Source: Chitinophagales bacterium
GTDB taxonomy: Bacteria; Bacteroidota; Bacteroidia; Chitinophagales; JANQFB01
DNA length: 54,651 nt
Assembly (NCBI GenBank): GCA_028278085.1
Contig: JANQFB010000323.1
Coordinates: forward strand, 1 to 54,651
Direction: 5' to 3'
The stretch's first letter is position 1; the number at the start of each line of letters is the position of its first letter. Of this stretch, positions 18,533 through 28,358 are shown piece after piece. The translations under genes and the position numbers were made by a program. The notes under the pieces were generated by a model, which saw only the letters and a program-made list of their open reading frames with translations, was not told where the DNA came from and did no database searches.

Positions 18533-18862
18533 ACGGTAAATATGAATTTCCCTGCTTAAATAATGCAAAGGGTCGGAAAAGTTACAGATATTTTGAATCT
18601 CTTTTTGAACGCCTCCCGGGATACAATATTATCCGGCGCTGCCCATAGAAAATACCGTATGAAAATGAAGGGCGGTTCAGCAAACAAATGGCCTGTTTTG
18701 CCGTATAAATTCTCCTGACCCGTTATTTATATCGTTGAAATTCATAATTTTGCCAAGCCGATCCTTGCTACTGCCTTTGTAAAGCTGAATTTTCAAATTT
18801 CACTTCAACAGACGCTTATCCGAACCATCATCATTTATTTTTTAGCCGCCCTAACGGTTTTA

Positions 18863-20842
18863 TTGCTGTTTGGGACCCCTATCTGCTCGGCTTCCACGGA
18901 TACCAGCCAGATCAGGATCGAAAAACTGCTCAACGAGCTGAAGATCTCCCCGGAAGATACGCACCAGGTCAATATTTTGCTCGAGCTTTATTGGGCGCAT
19001 AAGCAATCGAGCCCGGTTACGGCCAGGGAATATGCTAAAAAAGCCTGGCATTTATCCGAAGCCCTGCAATACAATAAGGGCATTATTCTCAGCCTTAACA
19101 ACCTGGGGATGGTCGAGGAAGATCAGGGCAACTTCGAGAAAGCCATGGAATATTATATGAAAGAGCTGAAATTCTGCGACAAGATCGGGGATCAGTCGGG
19201 CTTATCTTCCAGCATCAATAATATCGGCAACATCTACTTCAGCCAAAATAACTACAGCAAGGCCATGCAATATTATGAGCGGGCATTGAAAATAGACCGG
19301 GACAGAAACGATGATACCGGCATTGCCGCCTCCTATAATAATATCGGCATCACCTATGATATGATGGAGGAATACGACAAAGCCATGGAGTATTATCAGA
19401 AATCCCTGAAAATATCCAGGCAGGTCGGAGATAAGGAAAACGTAGCCAATTGTTTGCATAATATCGGTTCGATCTACGAAATGAGGAAGGATCTCAAAAC
19501 AGCGATGACCTATTACCTGCGGGCTTTGAAGATCGACGAGGACATGGGGAACAATACCGGGATGGTTATCAGTTATTATGTTATTTGCGGTTTGTACGGG
19601 GAGATGGGGCAATTTCAGGAAGCCTTCGAATACTGCAATAAAAGCATCGCCACTGCCAAAGCTGTCAACTCAAGGCATGAGCTGAATGAAGCTTACCTGA
19701 CCATTGCGGAGGTATATGCCAAAAACAAGCAATTCCGGAAAGCATTTGAACAGCTAAGAGCCCATGTCGAGCTCAAAGACTCCTTATTTACCGAACAAAG
19801 CACCGCTTTGATCGCCGAAATGGATGCCAAATACGAAAAAGAAAAGCAAGCCCAGGAGATCCTGAACCTCAAACAGGATAATGCCGTGCAACAGGCCATC
19901 CATGAAGAAGAATTAAAGCGCCAGGATGATCTGTTGAAAGCCTACATTGCCGGGATCATATTAGTGGTCGTTATCGCCTTGCTGGTATTCAGAGGTTACC
20001 AGCTTAAGAAAAAAGCCAATGCCCTGCTGACCCAGCGCAATTCCCATATCATCAAGCAAAACAACGTGATCGAGTTCAGGAACAAGCAAATTACCGACAG
20101 CATTCAATATGCCAAACGCATCCAGGATGCCATCCTGGTATCCAAAAATTACCTGGACAAGGTGCTGATCGATTACTTTATTTTATACAAACCCCGCGAT
20201 ATTGTGAGCGGTGATTTTTACTGGTGTTACCAGTTCTCGAACAAAAAAACGATGCTTGCGGCTGCCGATTGTACCGGACATGGTGTACCGGGCGCCTTGA
20301 TGAGCATGATCTGTAATTCATTGCTCAACGAGATCATCATCGAAAAGGGCATCAACCAGGTGGATACCATCCTTGACCAGCTAAAGGAAAAACTGGTCCA
20401 ACGGCTGGATCAGAAAGGTGAGATCGGCGAATCGAGGGACGGTATGGATATTGCCTTATGCGCCATCGACAAACAAGGCATGACCCTGGAATTTGCCGGC
20501 GCTAAAAATCCGCTTTACCATATCAGGAACGGGGAGCTTAAAGTCATCAAAGGGGATAAACAATCCATCAGCTATCACCGGGGCGAACACAAGGGCTTTC
20601 AAAAGCATACCTTATCCCTGGAGGAAAACGACATCTTTTACCTTTCCAGCGACGGATACAAAGATCAATTCGGTGGCTTACAAGGCAAAAAATACATGGA
20701 AAGCAACCTCCGTAACCTGTTGGTCAGCATCAATCACAAAAGCATGCCCGGCCAAAAAAACGCCCTGGAGCAGGAAATTGTAAGCTGGCAGGGCAAACAT
20801 GAACAGATCGATGATATTTGCGTGATAGGCGTAAGGGTTTAG
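18863..20842 (+). CDS. TPR repeat / transmembrane / PP2C-type (SpoIIE family) serine phosphatase sensor protein
   Basis: 659 aa. Repeated TPR units (A..YY...L.I....G) are followed by one TM (AYIAGIILVVVIALLVF) and a SpoIIE/PP2C domain (SGDFYW..., AADCTGHGVPGALMS, DGMDIAL, SDGY.DQFGG, DDI). The true start is probably upstream of 18863 (see findings). Confidence 0.8.
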   Translation: MLFGTPICSASTDTSQIRIEKLLNELKISPEDTHQVNILLELYWAHKQSSPVTAREYAKKAWHLSEALQYNKGIILSLNNLGMVEEDQGNFEKAMEYYMKELKFCDKIGDQSGLSSSINNIGNIYFSQNNYSKAMQYYERALKIDRDRNDDTGIAASYNNIGITYDMMEEYDKAMEYYQKSLKISRQVGDKENVANCLHNIGSIYEMRKDLKTAMTYYLRALKIDEDMGNNTGMVISYYVICGLYGEMGQFQEAFEYCNKSIATAKAVNSRHELNEAYLTIAEVYAKNKQFRKAFEQLRAHVELKDSLFTEQSTALIAEMDAKYEKEKQAQEILNLKQDNAVQQAIHEEELKRQDDLLKAYIAGIILVVVIALLVFRGYQLKKKANALLTQRNSHIIKQNNVIEFRNKQITDSIQYAKRIQDAILVSKNYLDKVLIDYFILYKPRDIVSGDFYWCYQFSNKKTMLAAADCTGHGVPGALMSMICNSLLNEIIIEKGINQVDTILDQLKEKLVQRLDQKGEIGESRDGMDIALCAIDKQGMTLEFAGAKNPLYHIRNGELKVIKGDKQSISYHRGEHKGFQKHTLSLEENDIFYLSSDGYKDQFGGLQGKKYMESNLRNLLVSINHKSMPGQKNALEQEIVSWQGKHEQIDDICVIGVRV

Positions 20843-20898
20843 CGCAGAACCAGGCTGACCCCGGCTTATGCCATGCTAAACCGGTTACAGCGCGGGCC

Positions 20899-21468
20899 TC
20901 AGGCGAAAAAATGCTGCTTGAATAACTGAACAGCCATCGCCAGCAAAATGATCCCGAACACTTTTCTCATCACATCCAGGCCGGATTTTCCAAAAACCTT
21001 CTCAATAAACGGTACAAATTTGAGCACCATAAAAACAATGGCCAGGTTCACAAATATGGCAACGATCATGCTCAGATCCGAATAAGTCGCTTTTAAGGAC
21101 AGTAAGGTGGTAATCGTACCGACCCCGGCGATCATCGGAAAGGCTACGGGTATGATGGAAGTACTTCCCGTGGTGCCATGCTTGAAGATCGAAATACCCA
21201 AGACCATCTCCATGGCCAGCAGAAAAAGGATGATCGATCCGGCTATGGCAAATGATCCTAATTCCAATCCAATGAACCCCAATATATATTCCCCCAAATA
21301 AAGGAAGGCAAACATGATCAAACCTGCTGCTATAGTGGTTTTCCCGGATTGGATACCGCTGCTTTGGCGGTTTAGCTGTACAATTATCGGAACACAACCC
21401 AATATATCGATCACGGCAAAAAGAATAAAGCTTACCGTCATCAATTCTTTAAAACTAATTGACATCAT
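20899..21468 (-). CDS. MarC family (UPF0056/NAAT) integral membrane protein
   Basis: 189 aa with six hydrophobic segments. The N-terminal FILFAVIDILGCVPI motif is typical of MarC. Confidence 0.7.
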   Translation of the reverse strand: MMSISFKELMTVSFILFAVIDILGCVPIIVQLNRQSSGIQSGKTTIAAGLIMFAFLYLGEYILGFIGLELGSFAIAGSIILFLLAMEMVLGISIFKHGTTGSTSIIPVAFPMIAGVGTITTLLSLKATYSDLSMIVAIFVNLAIVFMVLKFVPFIEKVFGKSGLDVMRKVFGIILLAMAVQLFKQHFFA

Positions 21469-21555
21469 AAGTCCCTCCTTTTGTTTTATACCGACTAGAT
21501 TTTGATTTTACACTTAGTAAGAAAATCAACATCTAATCGAGTATTAGATTTAACA

Positions 21556-21599
21556 ATAAAAAAAGCCTTCCGGCGTCTGCGGGAAGGCTTTTATCTTTT
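21556..21599. terminator. Bidirectional intrinsic terminator-like hairpin, orphan in a divergent intergenic region
   Basis: AGCCTTCC (21564-21571) pairs with GGAAGGCT (21582-21589). An A run lies on the left and TTTTATCTTTT on the right, so it reads as hairpin plus U-tract on either strand. Confidence 0.55.
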
Positions 21600-21934
21600 A
21601 TGCTACCTTAAAAGTATTAAGATTCGGATCGTAATAGCCTTCCACCCGGACACATCCAATGCTCCTTCTGGCATTCATTCATAATCGACTGAAAATAGGC
21701 TGTTTTGATCACGATCCTAACAAATTTTCCTTTAGAAAGCGCAAAGATAGTATCGATTTCGATATTTCAAATCTTTTTGCTCAAAAAAATATTAGCGGTT
21801 GGCAGCTTTTATTCTGCTATCAAATAATTTTTAAATGATTCTTTAAATAATTATATTGCAATACGTTCTTTCGATCACAGATTTTCTCGCGGTCAAACGA
21901 CCGAAAAACAGTCATTTCACCAAATACAAATGTC

Positions 21935-23698
21935 ATGATCCGCTCGCAACACTTCAAAAAAGCCATGATCTTTTGTGCCGGTATTACGGCCTCCCTATGG
22001 CTGCAAGCCCAAACTTTCTGGACCGAAGATTTCGGAACCGGATGCAACCAGGGATCGCTGGCCAACAGCTATTCCGGTACTAACGGTAGCTGGACCATTA
22101 GTTCAACAGGTACCAACGACCCGGAATCGAACAAGTGGTTCATCAGCGCCACCGAGGCCGGAACAGGAGCCGGAAATTGTGGTGACGGTTGTTTAAACAA
22201 TGCCAATTTAACCAACCAAACCCTGCACATCGGACCGGATGACGGCGTCACCCCTATCGATGCATCCGCCTCTTATAATGCCGGGGGCTTTTGCGGCGTT
22301 TTATTTTGTGTGGAGACCAATACACGCGCCGAATCACCAACCATCGATTGTAGCGGACAATCCAATATCAGTATTGAATTCCTTTATATGGAAAAAGGTG
22401 ACGGATCCTTTGATGACGGCACTCTTTGGTACTTTGACGGCAATACCTGGGCGCTGCTCGATGCTTTGGCAAAAACGCCCACCATCAATTGTGACCCCGC
22501 CGGTGAATGGACTTCCTTCTCCACATCTTTACCCTCCAGCGCTGATAATAACCCTAATGTAAAGATCGGTTTTGAATGGACCAATAACGATGATTTTGTG
22601 GGTGCGGATCCTTCCTTTGCCGTCGACGATATCGAATTGATCTCCACAGGGCCGCCTTTACCGAATGTAGCCTGGTCATCGTCCGACTCAACCATCTGCG
22701 AGGGGGAATGCATAGAATTTCAGGACCTGACCGCCAACAGCCCTTTCGATTGGCACTGGACCTTTGAAGGCGCCACGCCGGATACCTCGGGCGATCAAAA
22801 TCCGACCAATATTTGTTATGATACAGCCGGTACCTACGCGGTAACCCTCGTAGCAACCAATGCCGGAGGTACGGACAGCCTGACGATCGCCGGTTTCATT
22901 ACCGTGATCCCCTGCCCAAAGCCGGAAGTGAGCTTTACCGCCAGCGATACCATGATCTGCCAGGGGGAATGCATCGATTTTACCGATATGAGCACCGAAT
23001 CGCCCATACAATGGAACTGGTCATTCCCGGGCGCTACCCCACAAGGTTCGTCGGATCAACATCCGGATAATGTTTGTTATGATATACCCGGCACCTACGA
23101 TGTAACCCTGACAGCCACCAATCAGCACGGTGGGAAAAACCTCACCAAAGTGGACTATATCACGGTTGTCGCCTTACCGGTAGCAGATTTCAGCGCCGAT
23201 CAAACCAGCGTATTTACGGCCAACGGTACGGTAGCCTTTACTGACCTGAGCACCGGTGCTACAAGCTGGTCGTGGGATTTCGGGGACGGCGGAACAGATA
23301 CCGGTCAAAACCCTAAACATACCTATACTTCACCAGGTAATTTCAGCGTTACCCTGATCGTTACCAACAGCCTGGGGTGCGCCGATACGGTGGTGAAAGA
23401 AGACCTCATTACTGTTGAATCCGGAGGTGTGGGTATATCTTCGGTTTCCGCGGATAATCTATTGGAGATCTATCCGAATCCCCTGCAGGGCAACACTACG
23501 CTAAAGATAGCCGATCATTTGGGTGGACCGTTATCCCTCAACCTATATAACGGCATGGGTAAATTGATCCGCGTTATTCAACCTATGCAAAACCACACGG
23601 TTATCCTGGACAAGGGCGACCTGAACCCTGGCATTTATATCCTGCAGCTTCACGGGGATGATGGGATCATCGCCCAACGGAAATTGCTGGTCGATTAA
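21935..23698 (+). CDS. PKD-repeat protein with a T9SS C-terminal sorting domain
   Basis: 587 aa with a signal peptide. It has three PKD-like repeats (C.GECI.F.D.S...P..W.W.F.GA.P..S..Q.P..VCYD..GTY.VTL.ATN). The Por tail reads LEIYPNPLQGNTTLKI...GIYILQL......RKLLV. Confidence 0.85.
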   Translation: MIRSQHFKKAMIFCAGITASLWLQAQTFWTEDFGTGCNQGSLANSYSGTNGSWTISSTGTNDPESNKWFISATEAGTGAGNCGDGCLNNANLTNQTLHIGPDDGVTPIDASASYNAGGFCGVLFCVETNTRAESPTIDCSGQSNISIEFLYMEKGDGSFDDGTLWYFDGNTWALLDALAKTPTINCDPAGEWTSFSTSLPSSADNNPNVKIGFEWTNNDDFVGADPSFAVDDIELISTGPPLPNVAWSSSDSTICEGECIEFQDLTANSPFDWHWTFEGATPDTSGDQNPTNICYDTAGTYAVTLVATNAGGTDSLTIAGFITVIPCPKPEVSFTASDTMICQGECIDFTDMSTESPIQWNWSFPGATPQGSSDQHPDNVCYDIPGTYDVTLTATNQHGGKNLTKVDYITVVALPVADFSADQTSVFTANGTVAFTDLSTGATSWSWDFGDGGTDTGQNPKHTYTSPGNFSVTLIVTNSLGCADTVVKEDLITVESGGVGISSVSADNLLEIYPNPLQGNTTLKIADHLGGPLSLNLYNGMGKLIRVIQPMQNHTVILDKGDLNPGIYILQLHGDDGIIAQRKLLVD

Positions 23699-23868
23699 GC
23701 CCCTGCTTCATCTCCTGCCCGAGATCGAAAAGACTGTAGTATAAGCATCGATCGCAACCGCAAAAGACTTTGCTCCAGGGAACGGAAGTTTGGCTTTGAT
23801 CGTTGGAGGGAGTATATTTGTTTTCGTTTACCGGATCCAAACATTCTAGGATCCAACCAAGTTCTGCC

Positions 23869-26800
23869 ATGATAAATGTCGATATCCCGAAAGGTTTCCA
23901 TCCTGCCATAATCGCCTGGTTTACCAAGACCTTTGAGGCGCCGACTACTATTCAACAGGAAGCCTGGGACTCTATTGCCCGTGGCCGTAATACGCTCATC
24001 GCCGCCCCGACGGGATCCGGGAAAACGCTGGCTGCCTTTTTAGCGGCTATAGATGACTTGGTGAAAAAAGGCCTGGAAGGCCGGCTTAAAGACGAAACCC
24101 AGATCGTTTATGTTTCGCCGCTAAAAGCCTTAAGCAACGATATTGAAAAAAACCTGCAGGAACCCCTGAAAGGGATAGCCGAAGCCCTGGAAGATCAGCA
24201 ATTACCCCCGGTCAATATCAGGGCTGCCGTCAGAACGGGCGATACGCCCGCAACCCGGCGTACCGCTATGTTAAAGCTTCCGCCGCATATCCTGGTAACC
24301 ACGCCGGAATCGTTGTATTTATTACTGACCAGTGAAGGGGGGCGGAATCTATTGAGGCCTGTCAAAACCCTGATCATCGACGAGATCCATGCGGTGGTCC
24401 AGGACAAGCGAGGCTGCCACCTGGCTTTGACCGCTGAAAGGCTGGAAGCACTAACCAGGCGCAGGTTACTGCGGGTGGGCTTATCTGCTACCCAAAAACC
24501 CATTGAACAAGTGGCTGATTTCCTGACCGGCAACCGAAAGCGCAAACATTCGAAGTGTCATATCATCAATAGCGGTCACCAGAGAAAAATGGATCTCGAA
24601 ATGGTGGTCCCGGATTCACCGCTTTCGGCGGTAATGGCTAATGAAGTCTGGGAAGAGCTATATGAAAAGCTGATCGAACTGATCAAAACGCATCAAACGA
24701 CCCTCATTTTTGTGAATACCAGGAGGATGTCGGAGCGGCTAACCCATCAATTGGCCACGCGACTGGGCAAGGATAAGGTGACCTCCCACCACGGCAGCAT
24801 GGCCAAGGAAAAACGCTATGACGCCGAACAACGGCTGAAATCCGGGAAATTACAAGCCATTGTCGCCACCGCTTCGCTGGAATTAGGGATCGATATCGGA
24901 TCGGTTGACCTGGTTTGTCAACTGGGATCGCCGAGAACTATTGCCACCTTCCTGCAACGGGTCGGCAGATCGGGACATACCATCAAAGGCACCCCAAAAG
25001 GAAAGCTCTTTCCGCTGAGCCGCGACGAACTGGTGGAAAGCGCTGCCCTGTTCGAGGCTATCAACAAAGGTGAACTGGATACCCTGATCATTCCCGAGAA
25101 TCCTATCGACATCATGGCCCAGCAGATCATTGCTGAGGTAGCCAACCGGGAATATGCGGAAAAGGAATTATTTGAGTTGATCAGGAGGGCTTATCCATTT
25201 CGAAGCCTGGGCCTGGACGATTTCCGCGAAACGGTACAAATGTTATCGGAAGGATATACCACCCGTCGTGGACGAAGAGGGGCCTACCTGCATTATGACC
25301 CGATCAACGGTCAGATAAGGGCCGGTAAAGGCGCCCGTTTGGCGGCATTGACTTCGGGCGGCGCCATTCCTGACACTTTTGATTACGATGTATTACTCGA
25401 ACCCCATAATATCAAAGTAGGAACGGTCGATGAAGATTTTGCGATCGAGAGCTTGCCTGGCGACATTTTTAAACTGGGCAACCAATCCTGGAGAGTCCTC
25501 CGGCTGGAGAACGGATCGATCCGGGTGAATGATGCCGAAGGGCAACCCCCGACCATCCCGTTTTGGTTCGGAGAAGCGCCCGGACGAAGTGCGGAGTTGT
25601 CGCATGCCGTGTCGAGGTTCCGGAAAGAAATGGCACAACGCATCGATGAGGCTAATCCTTCGGACAATGGCATCTATCGATATGAACCGGTTATGCAATG
25701 GCTGGAAGATGACCTTGGTATCGGCAAAGCCGCAGCGGAACAATTGATCCAATACCTGCACAGCGCCAAAAATGCCCTGGGCGTTATGCCTTCGCAGGAT
25801 ACGATCGTGCTGGAACGGTTTTTCGATGAAGCCGGAGATATGCATCTGGTCGTTCATTCTCCGTTTGGCAGCCGTTTAAACCGGGCCTGGGGGCTGGCGC
25901 TGCGGAAAAGATTTTGCCGGCAGTTCAATTTCGAGCTGCAGGCTTCGGCCATGGAAGATAATATCATCCTTTCCCTGGGATCGACCCATAGTTTTCCGTT
26001 GGAAGAAGTATTCGGTTATTTAAAAGAAAAAACGGTCAGGGAAGTACTGGTCCAGGCGCTGTTGGATGCCCCAATGTTTGAAGTACGATTCCGGTGGAAT
26101 GCTACCCGTTCGCTGGCCATTTTAAGGTCGATGAAAGGGAAAAAAGTGCCGGCGCCGATCCAGCGGATGAATGCCGAAGACCTGGTATCCCTCGTTTTTC
26201 CCGATCAATTGGCCTGCCTGGAAAATATTGTCGGTGAAAGGGAAGTCCCGGATCATCCCCTGGTCAAGCAAACCATCCATGATTGCCTGACCGAAGCTAT
26301 GGATATCGAAGCGCTGGAGGCGCTGATCCGCCGGATCGAAAACAAAGCCTTAAACTTGATTACCTGCGATCTGAGGGAACCTTCACCCCTGGCCCATGAG
26401 ATCATCAATGCCAGGCCTTATGCCTTTCTCGACGATGGCGACCTGGAAGGGCGCCGGACCCGGGCCATTCAAACCCGCCGATGGCTCGACCCGGCCGAAG
26501 CGGGTGAGCTGGCCAACCTCGACCTCGAAGCCATCCGGAATGTTAAATCGGAGGCCTGGCCGTCGGTGGAAAATGCCGATGAACTGCATGATGCTTTGAT
26601 CCTGCTGGGATGTTTGTCAGCAGCAGAGGGTCGATATGGGGATGGCCAAAATAGTTGGGAACCGTTTTTCCAAACTTTGATAGCTGCCGGCAGGGCTGCA
26701 GAGATCCATTTGACCGATGATCGCCAATTATGGATCGCCGCCGAAAATATTCCTTTGTTCCGAAGCAATTACCCCAAACATAAGATCACCCCCCGGATCG

Positions 26801-28230
26801 AGCTCCCACCGGAGTTGCAGACCTTTAACGGTGATGCATCCGAAGCGTTAAAGGAGGTGGTCAGGGGACGATTGGAGGGCAGTGGGCCGGTGACGGAAGA
26901 CTCCCTGGTAACCCTATTGGAGCTCAGCCAATCGGCTATCCAATTGGCGCTTTTGGCCCTGGAAAATGAGGGATTTGCTTTTCAGGGACATTATACCCCC
27001 GGGTCCGAGGAGAAAGAATGGTGCGAAAGGCGTTTGCTGGCACGGATCCACCGGTACACTTTAAAACGTTTGCGGAAAGAGATCGAACCGGTATCCACCG
27101 CGGATTTCTCCCGTTTTCTATTCTCCTGGCAGGGACTGGATACAGACGACCAGCCCAGGGGCCCGGATGCTTTACAACAAATTGTTGAGCAACTGGAAGG
27201 CTTTGAAGCGCCGGCTGCAGCCTGGGAGGCAGCGATCCTTCCCACCAGGATGGAATCCTATGATCCGGTTTGGTTAGATAACCTTTGCCTTTCCGGACGG
27301 ATCGTCTGGGGGCGGTTCCGCCTGCCGAAAACCGGGAAAAACGCCCCTAAAAGGCCGGGGCCCATAAAAACGACTCCTATCACCTTGGTTTCAAGGTCAA
27401 GGATCGATTGGTGGCAACAATTATCCAGTGAAACACATGCCGAACTGACCTTTAGCCCGGAAGCCCGTAAAGCCTGGGAATTTTTAAACGACCGGGGAGC
27501 CTCCTTTTTCGATGAAATATTAATGGGTACGCAATTGCTTCGTTCGCAACTGGAAGCCGCGCTGAGTGAGCTGACCGGTTATGGGAAGGTTACTTCGGAT
27601 AGTTTTACCGGTTTGAGGGCCCTGCTGACCCCTGCTTCAACAAAGAGCCGCCGCGCAAGGGTTAATCAAAATATCTTTGGGATGGAGCATGCCGGTCGTT
27701 GGTCGAGGTTAAAGCCAAGGCTGATCGATAATTCGGGTAACCCTCCGGAAGAGGAAGATATGGCCCGCATATTGTTAAAGCGATACGGGGTGGTTTTCCG
27801 AAAGCTGATCGACCGCGAGGAGTTTGCCCCGCCCTGGCGCGAACTGGTGCGGGTATTGCGGAAGATGGAAGCCCGCGGAGAGATCCGGGGTGGAAGATTC
27901 GTATTAAACACTTCCGGGGAACAATATGCCCTGCCCGAAGCCGTAACCCGATTACGGAAAGTCAGAAAAGAACCGAAAAACGGCCGCCTGACCGCAATCA
28001 GCGGTGCCGATCCGCTCAATTTAACCGGCGTTTTAACCGAGGGCCGCAGGATCTCCATGCTTACCCAAAACAGGATCTTGTATAAGGACGGTGTTCCGGT
28101 GGCTGCGCTGGAAAATGGTCAACCCGTCTACCTGGTGGAGACCGATCCGGCAACCCAATGGCAATGGCAAAATGAATTGATCCGCCACAAAGTCCCGATG
28201 CGGTTGAGGGGGTATTTGGGGAAGGTGTGA
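23869..28230 (+). CDS. lhr: Lhr-like large ATP-dependent DEAD/DEAH-box helicase
   Basis: The ORF opens at 23803 (TTG), and the ATG at 23869 gives MINVDIPKGFHPAIIAWF. Helicase motifs are present: Q/I (PTTIQQEAW, AAPTGSGKT), II (IIDEIHAV), III (GLSATQ) and VI (LQRVGRSGH). The ~1450-aa length with a long C-terminal extension fits Lhr. Confidence 0.85.
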   Translation: MINVDIPKGFHPAIIAWFTKTFEAPTTIQQEAWDSIARGRNTLIAAPTGSGKTLAAFLAAIDDLVKKGLEGRLKDETQIVYVSPLKALSNDIEKNLQEPLKGIAEALEDQQLPPVNIRAAVRTGDTPATRRTAMLKLPPHILVTTPESLYLLLTSEGGRNLLRPVKTLIIDEIHAVVQDKRGCHLALTAERLEALTRRRLLRVGLSATQKPIEQVADFLTGNRKRKHSKCHIINSGHQRKMDLEMVVPDSPLSAVMANEVWEELYEKLIELIKTHQTTLIFVNTRRMSERLTHQLATRLGKDKVTSHHGSMAKEKRYDAEQRLKSGKLQAIVATASLELGIDIGSVDLVCQLGSPRTIATFLQRVGRSGHTIKGTPKGKLFPLSRDELVESAALFEAINKGELDTLIIPENPIDIMAQQIIAEVANREYAEKELFELIRRAYPFRSLGLDDFRETVQMLSEGYTTRRGRRGAYLHYDPINGQIRAGKGARLAALTSGGAIPDTFDYDVLLEPHNIKVGTVDEDFAIESLPGDIFKLGNQSWRVLRLENGSIRVNDAEGQPPTIPFWFGEAPGRSAELSHAVSRFRKEMAQRIDEANPSDNGIYRYEPVMQWLEDDLGIGKAAAEQLIQYLHSAKNALGVMPSQDTIVLERFFDEAGDMHLVVHSPFGSRLNRAWGLALRKRFCRQFNFELQASAMEDNIILSLGSTHSFPLEEVFGYLKEKTVREVLVQALLDAPMFEVRFRWNATRSLAILRSMKGKKVPAPIQRMNAEDLVSLVFPDQLACLENIVGEREVPDHPLVKQTIHDCLTEAMDIEALEALIRRIENKALNLITCDLREPSPLAHEIINARPYAFLDDGDLEGRRTRAIQTRRWLDPAEAGELANLDLEAIRNVKSEAWPSVENADELHDALILLGCLSAAEGRYGDGQNSWEPFFQTLIAAGRAAEIHLTDDRQLWIAAENIPLFRSNYPKHKITPRIELPPELQTFNGDASEALKEVVRGRLEGSGPVTEDSLVTLLELSQSAIQLALLALENEGFAFQGHYTPGSEEKEWCERRLLARIHRYTLKRLRKEIEPVSTADFSRFLFSWQGLDTDDQPRGPDALQQIVEQLEGFEAPAAAWEAAILPTRMESYDPVWLDNLCLSGRIVWGRFRLPKTGKNAPKRPGPIKTTPITLVSRSRIDWWQQLSSETHAELTFSPEARKAWEFLNDRGASFFDEILMGTQLLRSQLEAALSELTGYGKVTSDSFTGLRALLTPASTKSRRARVNQNIFGMEHAGRWSRLKPRLIDNSGNPPEEEDMARILLKRYGVVFRKLIDREEFAPPWRELVRVLRKMEARGEIRGGRFVLNTSGEQYALPEAVTRLRKVRKEPKNGRLTAISGADPLNLTGVLTEGRRISMLTQNRILYKDGVPVAALENGQPVYLVETDPATQWQWQNELIRHKVPMRLRGYLGKV

Positions 28231-28358
28231 GGTAATACGCCTATCCAAATAAAGTTCAACTGGTTAATATATTGCTACTGGAAGTTGGTTATGACAAGAA
28301 GTATTGAAGATTATACAAAACTATTTCAAGACAAAATTTTCCTTCTAGCAAATAGCTT

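Noticed and set aside
18659-18718. Short in-frame ORF (MKMKGGSANKWPVLPYKFS*) upstream of the SpoIIE-family gene, considered as a possible TGA read-through or selenocysteine N-terminal extension.
   Set aside because: The sequence between the TGA and the signal peptide (PVIYIVEIHNFAKPILATAFVK) does not look protein-like, and I saw no SECIS-like hairpin. Coincidence is more likely. The start problem is kept as a finding.
21502-22065. ORFs 21502..21684 (+, 60 aa) and 21820..22065 (-, 81 aa) in the MarC/PKD intergenic region.
   Set aside because: The first runs straight through the terminator hairpin. The second overlaps the PKD gene start in antisense. Neither has a plausible composition or signal.
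23667-23955. Two 86-aa minus-strand ORFs between the PKD and lhr genes.
   Set aside because: They overlap each other, the PKD stop and the lhr start region. They have no recognisable features. The space is better explained as the lhr promoter and 5' region.
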